Origin: an uncultured delta proteobacterium
Lineage (GTDB): Bacteria > Desulfobacterota > Binatia > UBA9968
Direction of reading: 5' to 3'
Assembly (NCBI GenBank): GCA_963771465.1
Contig: CAVYTU010000019.1
Coordinates: 32,001 to 96,000 of the forward strand
DNA length: 64,000 nt
Under the pieces are notes generated by a model, which did not search any database, was not told the DNA's origin, and saw only the letters and a list, made by a program, of their open reading frames with translations. Below, piece after piece: positions 58,012 to 64,000 of this stretch. The stretch's first letter is position 1; each line of letters opens with the position of its first letter. Made by a program: the position numbers and the translations under genes.

Positions 58012-58290
58012 TTAACGTGTTTCGATCGATTTAACTCGCACGTCTCCTCCACCGCGGTCGTCAAACATGACTTTCACTTTCGTGTCAGCTTTTAGGAGAT
58101 CGGCTTTATCCTTGGCATCGCCGCTGCTCACTTTGGCCTTCTGTTCCCAATCCTTGCCTTTCACAGTGACCATGCGCGATTCCTTGTCGTAAGCCGAGAC
58201 CGTCCCATTCTTCGCTTCCTGCGCGAAACTGACGGCAGGAACTAACATCAGAGCTAGAGAAAGCCCGATCAGTTGTTTTTTCAACGTCAT
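58012..58290 (-). CDS. Small secreted OB-fold-like protein
   Basis: Signal ending SFA; GTVSAYD...VTV...KVKV; AAGGAGGTG RBS. Confidence 0.8.
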   Translation of the reverse strand: MTLKKQLIGLSLALMLVPAVSFAQEAKNGTVSAYDKESRMVTVKGKDWEQKAKVSSGDAKDKADLLKADTKVKVMFDDRGGGDVRVKSIETR

Positions 58291-58596
58291 ATAGTTTTTT
58301 CACCTCCTTTCATTGCTGAGCTATAATCATAGACGATTCCTGCGCCGAATTATTCAAATTGCCAACGCATTGCCGAGTCTCCTACCACACAATTACTCGC
58401 GCGGCAAATCCGCAAAAGGGGCAAAGGATTTATCCTTGCCTACAGAAATTTTTCATAGGAATTCCCCACTGTCAAGGCTTTGGTACAACTTTGCCATTAA
58501 CCGGCTACTAAACTCTGGACTTTCTTGGCGAAATTGACTTGACTTGCTTGTCGCTACTTCGATATGGAGAACCCTGCCGTTAAACAGTGACTGACA

Positions 58597-59982
58597 ATGG
58601 GTGTAACCGCAGATATCGTCCGCTTCGTCGATGAAGCCAGCTTCGACGCGTTACCGGACCAAGTTGTCTTTAGAACCAAGACGCTGATCGCGGATGCCAT
58701 CGGCACCATGCTCGCCGGCTCGGTTGAGGATGGCAGCCGTATTTTGCAAAGTTATTTGCGGCGCACCGAAAGCCGTAAGGACGCAACCGTGGTTGGCGCG
58801 GGTTTTAAAGGCTGCGGCACTGCCGCGGCGCTGGCAAACGCAGCGGCGGGACATGCTCTCGACTTCGATAGCATTCAACTTTCCGTCTGGCCGGGAACCG
58901 CCCACGGCATTCGCATCCATCCAACCACTCCCGCGCTCGCTGCCGCGTTGGCGGTGGGAGAGCCGCGCAACATCACCGGCAGGGAGTTAATACTGGCTTG
59001 CGCCGTCGGCATCGAAGTGGGTTGCCGCGTCACCGAAGCGATCCCGCCGGACGCCTACCATGTCGCTTATCAATCGACGGCCACCATGGGCGGGCTGGAC
59101 GCTGCGGCAGCGGCGGGAAAAATTTTCGCTTTAAATCGTGATCAGCTCATGCGCGCCATGGGTTTAGCCGCGACCATGGCCGGCGGGTTACGAGAAAACT
59201 TCGGCACCATGACCAAACCGTTTCACTCCGGCCGCGCCGCCGAAGCGGGAGTTCTCGCGGCCGAATTGGCGCAAGACGGTTTCACATCGGCGCCCCACAT
59301 ACTCGAAGCGCATCGCGGCTTTTTCCTCGCCATGGGCGGCAAACATGACCCGGCGCAAATTTCGGGAAAATTGGGCACGCCCTATTTCATCATGGATCCG
59401 GGACTGCATATCAAACGATATCCCTGCGCGATTCTCGTCCATCCGGCCATCGCCGCCATGATTGAAATCGCCAATGCGCATGGCCTCACAGCGGAAAACG
59501 TCGCGCGCATCGAAGTCGGCGTCAGCGACGTTGTCACCTCCACGCTCAATCACCCCGAGCCAAAAACCGGCTTAGAGGGGAAATTCAGCGTCGCCTTTCC
59601 GCTCGCTCATGCGCTGATCGAGCGCCGATTGGGCTTGAACGATTTTACCGATGAAAAAGTTAATGATCCAAAAGTTCAGGGTTTGATGAAAAAGTTCGCG
59701 GTGCGCACCGATCCGAAGCTGCTGCAAGGCGACGGCAACGAAGTCACGGCCAAGCTGATGATCGAATTGACTGACGGCCAACGCATCGAGCGCTTGGCTA
59801 GCCTGGAACGAGGCAAGGCGCAGAAATGGATCAGCACCGGCGAACTGGAAGAGAAATTTCGCCAATGCGCCGCCCGCGTATTGCCCGACGAACAAGCCAA
59901 GCGCGCGTTCGATTTCGCCCTCGATCTCGATAGCGCGAAAAGTATTCACGCCCTGATGGAGCTGGTCGGCGCCAGAGCATAG
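58597..59982 (+). CDS. MmgE/PrpD family protein
   Basis: GHALDFDS, IHP, TKPFHSG, KRYPC...H, KFS. Confidence 0.92.
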   Translation: MGVTADIVRFVDEASFDALPDQVVFRTKTLIADAIGTMLAGSVEDGSRILQSYLRRTESRKDATVVGAGFKGCGTAAALANAAAGHALDFDSIQLSVWPGTAHGIRIHPTTPALAAALAVGEPRNITGRELILACAVGIEVGCRVTEAIPPDAYHVAYQSTATMGGLDAAAAAGKIFALNRDQLMRAMGLAATMAGGLRENFGTMTKPFHSGRAAEAGVLAAELAQDGFTSAPHILEAHRGFFLAMGGKHDPAQISGKLGTPYFIMDPGLHIKRYPCAILVHPAIAAMIEIANAHGLTAENVARIEVGVSDVVTSTLNHPEPKTGLEGKFSVAFPLAHALIERRLGLNDFTDEKVNDPKVQGLMKKFAVRTDPKLLQGDGNEVTAKLMIELTDGQRIERLASLERGKAQKWISTGELEEKFRQCAARVLPDEQAKRAFDFALDLDSAKSIHALMELVGARA

Positions 59983-59989
59983 GAAAATC

Positions 59990-60751
59990 ATGGACAGCAA
60001 TATCCAACGGCTGCTGCCGCGCTTTCGCTACGGTTTGATCAACCCGCGCGCGCCGGGAAAAGTCCAGCGCGGCCTGAGCTACCAGTTTTATCGCATCGTG
60101 CCGCCGGACGTGATGGAAGTCGTCACCGGACTGGGACTTGACGACTACGCGCCGGAGGCCGTGGAAAAAGCCATCGGCAACTACTGGGACTGTGTTCACG
60201 CCCTGGTGCAAGAAAAAGTTGACGTCATCGTGCTCGGCGGCGTGCCGATTTCCGTGCGCTTGGGCCGTGCTCGACTGCGTGAGCTGCTCGCTGAGACCAC
60301 AGAAAAAACCGGCATCCGCGCCGACGCACCTCTCGAAGCGCTGATCGCCGCCATGAAACACCTCGGCTTGGAAAAAGTCGTCATCGGCAGCCGCTGGGGC
60401 GACAACGTCAACCAAGCGATCATCCGTTACCTGCACGACGGTGAAGTCGAGGTTGTCGGCATCACCAAACGAAATCAGAACGCCGTGGACGCCGCGGCGA
60501 TGTCTTTTGAAGAGGGTTTACAGACCGCCCTCGACGTGGGCCGAGAAGCGGCAAGCTTGGCGCCTGAAGCAGAAGCGGTTTTCATCCCCGGCGCCGCGGC
60601 TATGAGCCTGCATGCCATCCCCGCCGTCGAAGTGGAGTTTGCCAAGCCGGCGTTTAGCAATCTGAGTCTCGAAGTGTGGAACAATTTGATTCGGCCGGGC
60701 GTAATCGCTCCAGTTCATGGCTGGGGCGAGCTGCTGGCGCAAGAAACTTAA
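59990..60751 (+). CDS. Asp/Glu racemase-maleate isomerase-arylmalonate decarboxylase superfamily protein
   Basis: GLINP, ALIAAMKHLGLEKV, AEAVFIPG, VEVEFAKP, GWGELL. Confidence 0.75.
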   Translation: MDSNIQRLLPRFRYGLINPRAPGKVQRGLSYQFYRIVPPDVMEVVTGLGLDDYAPEAVEKAIGNYWDCVHALVQEKVDVIVLGGVPISVRLGRARLRELLAETTEKTGIRADAPLEALIAAMKHLGLEKVVIGSRWGDNVNQAIIRYLHDGEVEVVGITKRNQNAVDAAAMSFEEGLQTALDVGREAASLAPEAEAVFIPGAAAMSLHAIPAVEVEFAKPAFSNLSLEVWNNLIRPGVIAPVHGWGELLAQET

Positions 60752-60774
60752 TGAAACGTAATGGGGGAAATTCG

Positions 60775-61758
60775 ATGAACTCAAAATCCTTGGGAATGAT
60801 CGCTCGGATGGCGCTCACTGTGTTGCTCGCGGCGCCTTCGCTCTACGCCGCCGAAAGCTATCCGAGCAAGCCACTGCTGTTCGTAACTCACAGTGGGCCG
60901 GGCGGCGGCATGGATACCATGCTCAGGCGTATCACCGACGTCATGGCCAAGGAAAAATTAGTCTCTCAACAAATGCGCGTGGAAAATATTCAAGGCGGCG
61001 GCAGCGCCAAAGCGATGACCTCGATCGTCAAGCGCAAAGGCGACGATCATGTTTTGGCCGGGCTCACTAGCGTTTGGGTGGCGGCGCCGCTGATCTCAAC
61101 GGACATCAAGGTGAGCTACAAAGACATGACAACAATTGCCATGCTCGGGCTCGACCCCAACTTGGTCGTGGTGCGCGCAGATTCGCCGTTCAAGACCATC
61201 AAGGATCTAATCGACTTTGCTAAGGCGAATCCGAATAAGGTCAAGCAAGCCGGCGCTTCCGTAACCAGCAATCCCAACTTCGACCGCATGATCATCGGCG
61301 AAGCCACCGGCGCCCACTGGGACTATGTCGCGTTTCCCAGCGGCGGCGAGGCGATCACAGCGCTATTGGGCGGACACGTCAACTTGGTGATCGGCCAGCC
61401 CGCCGACATGGGTGGCCATCTTAAAGCCGGCGCACTGCGCGCGCTCGCCAGTTTTTCGGAAGCGCGCCTTGCCGGTTATCCGACCGTGCCGACATTACGC
61501 GAGGCCGGCGTCACGGCGCGCGTCTCGCGCGGCACGGTGCGCGGCATCGTCGCGCCGCCCGACATTCCCGCATCCTCAGTGCAGTACTGGGAAGACGTCT
61601 TACGTAAACTTACCAAGACCCAAGGCTACCAACAGTTTGCTGCCGAGATCGAGTTGTTTCCGAAATTTCTCAACAGCAAAGAGTTCAAACAATTTTTGGA
61701 TGAGGAAACCGAACTTATGACCAAGTCCCTGGCGCGTTTGGGCGATGTCAAGAAATAA
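60775..61758 (+). CDS. tctC: Tripartite tricarboxylate transporter substrate-binding protein (Bug/TctC)
   Basis: YPSKP, PGGGMD, ENIQGG, GGEAITALLGGHV, VPTLREAG. Confidence 0.88.
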   Translation: MNSKSLGMIARMALTVLLAAPSLYAAESYPSKPLLFVTHSGPGGGMDTMLRRITDVMAKEKLVSQQMRVENIQGGGSAKAMTSIVKRKGDDHVLAGLTSVWVAAPLISTDIKVSYKDMTTIAMLGLDPNLVVVRADSPFKTIKDLIDFAKANPNKVKQAGASVTSNPNFDRMIIGEATGAHWDYVAFPSGGEAITALLGGHVNLVIGQPADMGGHLKAGALRALASFSEARLAGYPTVPTLREAGVTARVSRGTVRGIVAPPDIPASSVQYWEDVLRKLTKTQGYQQFAAEIELFPKFLNSKEFKQFLDEETELMTKSLARLGDVKK

Positions 61759-61826
61759 GGAATCGCCAAGTGATCTGTGCCCCTCTGTGGTGAGAATCTC
61801 GCAGAACCATTGCTGAAGGAGTTACT

Positions 61827-63131
61827 TTGGAACAAGCACCACTGCTCGCGCAGTTTTTGGCTGACACCGCATTCGCCGCTCTGCCGCAATCAGCGCTCCA
61901 AGCCGGTAAGCGCGGCATATTGGACTGTTTGGGAACCGCCATCGGCGGCGCCCGTAGCCAAGCAGCGGTCATCGCCATGGATCTGATCGGTGAGGCCGGC
62001 GGCCAATCCAATGTCACGCTTTTGGCCCGTGGTAAAAAAGCTGCGTTATTAGATGCCGCTTTGTATAACGCCACAGCCGCCCACGCGCTCGATTTCGACG
62101 ATACCTTGAGTCCGCCCTGCGCCATCGCCGGTTTGGCTCTCGCCGAGCAAAGAAGTCTTTCGGGCCGCGAACTCTTACGAAGCTATGTTCTCGGTTTTGA
62201 AGTGGCGAGCAGAATAACCCATGCCATCGGCGGCTGGGAAAACGCCCGCGGCTGGCACATGATGGGCGTCGCCGGGGTTTTTGGCGCCGCCACAGCCGCT
62301 GCACTGTTGCTTAAGTTAAACCCGCCACAAATCGTCAACGCGCTCGGTCTCGCCGCCACTCAAGCGTCCGGTTTGGTCGCCATGCATGGCTTTCTCGCCA
62401 AGCCGTTTCACTCCGGCAAAGCCGCGGTGAACGGCATTTTCGCGGCGCAACTCGCCTGGCGCGGCTGCACGACTGGCCCAGCGCTAGAAGGAGCGCTGAG
62501 CGTATCGCAGGCGATGGGCGGTACGCCGACACCCGATTTGGCAAAAAATCTTGGTAATCCCTATGGCATTCTCACCAATCGCCTCAAACCATTTCCCTGC
62601 GGCCGCTTGGGACACGCGGCGATCGAAGCTGCCGTCCAAGCGCGCGCGTCGCACAACCTCAAAGATGAAGAAATCGTCGCTGTGGAAGTGCGAGTCGAGC
62701 CTCATGCTCAATACTTGATGGGCAAGAACGATCCACAAAACGGCACGCAGTCTATGTTTAGCATCGCCCACGGTGTGACTGCCGGCCTGCTTTACGGCAA
62801 AGCCGGACCGGACCAATTCAGCGATGACACAACCAATGATCCGACGGTCAAAGATTTGCGCCGCCGTGTTCAAGTGGTGCCAGATCCACAGTGCATTTCA
62901 GGCCAGGCAAAGCTCACCGTCCAAACCAAAAACCGCGGCGCGCTCACCACAGAGGTGCCGATCCAAAAGGGCTTCGCCGCCAATCCACTGACCGACGACG
63001 ACGTAAAAGAAAAATTTCTCAACCTAGCCGAACCGGTTCTCGGAGTGGAAAACGCACGACGAGTCGTCGAGCTCGTCTACAGCCTAGAGACCATCGATGA
63101 CGCCGGCGCCATTGCGCGGCAATGCGCCTAA
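61827..63131 (+). CDS. MmgE/PrpD family protein
   Basis: AHALDFDD, GWH, KPFHSG, KPFPC...H; TTG start with AAGGAG RBS. Confidence 0.9.
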   Translation: MEQAPLLAQFLADTAFAALPQSALQAGKRGILDCLGTAIGGARSQAAVIAMDLIGEAGGQSNVTLLARGKKAALLDAALYNATAAHALDFDDTLSPPCAIAGLALAEQRSLSGRELLRSYVLGFEVASRITHAIGGWENARGWHMMGVAGVFGAATAAALLLKLNPPQIVNALGLAATQASGLVAMHGFLAKPFHSGKAAVNGIFAAQLAWRGCTTGPALEGALSVSQAMGGTPTPDLAKNLGNPYGILTNRLKPFPCGRLGHAAIEAAVQARASHNLKDEEIVAVEVRVEPHAQYLMGKNDPQNGTQSMFSIAHGVTAGLLYGKAGPDQFSDDTTNDPTVKDLRRRVQVVPDPQCISGQAKLTVQTKNRGALTTEVPIQKGFAANPLTDDDVKEKFLNLAEPVLGVENARRVVELVYSLETIDDAGAIARQCA

Positions 63132-63193
63132 GCTGCAAAATCGGCGACAGACATAACGCCGGTTGCCGTTAAATTTTTCTTCACGAGCATGCC

Positions 63194-63640
63194 ATGACCC
63201 GCGCCGACCGTTGGATTGGCCCGCTGTTTTTTCTCTTTGGACTCTTCGTCGTGTGGCAAGCATCCAAGCTGGAGTTTGCCAGCAGCTACGGCGCGGGCAG
63301 CGGTTTTTTTCCTTACTGGCTCGGTATCGCGATGGTTTTGCTTGCCGTGCTGGTAATCGTCGCCGCTTGGCGCATTCCGTCCGGCGCCGACGATACGGTG
63401 GCACCGCATTTGTCGAAGCAAAAAGTCGCGGCGTATGTCGCGCTACTGGCGTTCGTGTTTACCGTCGAGACCATCGGTTTCATCATCGCGATCACTTGTC
63501 TTTCCGCGTTTCTCCTTAAGCTCGAGGGCGAGAGTTGGCGGCGCGCGCTCGCGGTGGCGGGTGCGACAGGCGTCGGATTTTATCTTTTCTTTGTTCGTCT
63601 GCTTTCGGTGACGCTGCCCCGCGGGCCTCTCGGTTTTTGA
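63194..63640 (+). CDS. tctB: Tripartite tricarboxylate transporter small permease
   Basis: Four TM; GSGFFP; LSVTLPRG. Confidence 0.85.
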   Translation: MTRADRWIGPLFFLFGLFVVWQASKLEFASSYGAGSGFFPYWLGIAMVLLAVLVIVAAWRIPSGADDTVAPHLSKQKVAAYVALLAFVFTVETIGFIIAITCLSAFLLKLEGESWRRALAVAGATGVGFYLFFVRLLSVTLPRGPLGF

Positions 63641-63645
63641 ACGCC

Positions 63646-64000
63646 ATGGACGTCCTGACCAATCTTTTGCACGGCTTCCAAGTGGCCTTGCTGCCGATGA
63701 ACCTGCTGTTCTGTTTGATCGGCGTGACCGTCGGCACCGTGGTCGGCATCCTGCCGGGCATCGGCACCACCGCCGCGGTGTCGATACTCCTGCCGCTCAC
63801 CTTTCGCATGGACCCGACGTCGGCGATGATCATGCTCGCCGGCATTTACTACGGCACCAAATATGGCGGCTCGACGACTTCTATTTTAGTCAACACGCCG
63901 GGCGAGTCTTCGTCCGTCGTCACCTGTATCGACGGTTATCAAATGGCGCTGCAGGGACGCGCCGGACCGGCGCTGGGAATCGCGGCCATCGCTTCGTTCA
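63646..64000 (+). CDS. tctA: Tripartite tricarboxylate transporter large permease (3' partial)
   Basis: [40 protein letters not shown]; runs off the window. Confidence 0.92.
   Translation, partial: MDVLTNLLHGFQVALLPMNLLFCLIGVTVGTVVGILPGIGTTAAVSILLPLTFRMDPTSAMIMLAGIYYGTKYGGSTTSILVNTPGESSSVVTCIDGYQMALQGRAGPALGIAAIASF

Noticed and set aside
58360-58375. cGGcaatgcgttgGCa on the minus strand upstream of 58290
   Set aside because: Spacing fits sigma54 but the match is weak and could be chance; not listed as a feature

Overview
Bacterial, GC-rich, gene-dense 64 kb window. The gene content (many orphan NitT/TauT binding proteins, LigXa-type Rieske oxygenases, MmgE/PrpD, paired-cupin proteins, diverse REP-like palindromes) suggests an uncultured deltaproteobacteria-like lineage such as Ca. 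Binatota; this taxonomy is inference. 1-15.5 kb is an accessory patchwork with gene remnants, direct repeats, sigma54-type promoters, small proteins and an ftsH. Its main signal is a reading frame the ORF track splits: 3514->2165 (-) is one frame with two in-frame TGA codons, each at a Cys-like position and followed by a SECIS-like hairpin, giving a predicted double-selenocysteine membrane domain-DedA-rhodanese fusion. 15.7-32.6 kb is a co-directional catabolic-looking cluster containing an uncharacterised pair of ferritin-like proteins (one with a full diiron ligand set, one with ligands replaced), each followed by its own 4Fe-4S ferredoxin, plus beta-propellers, DUF3500, maiA, a Rieske oxygenase and a TPP enzyme. 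The rest holds a leader ORF-terC unit, an extended YfhL ferredoxin, a GlrK/QseG/GlrR-like system with adjacent sigma54 targets, rmuC, aguBA, a second Rieske/ADH/cupin operon and a PrpD-racemase-Tct transporter operon cut by the window end. No rRNA, tRNA, CRISPR array or intact mobile element was seen. All family calls are by motif recognition, not database search.
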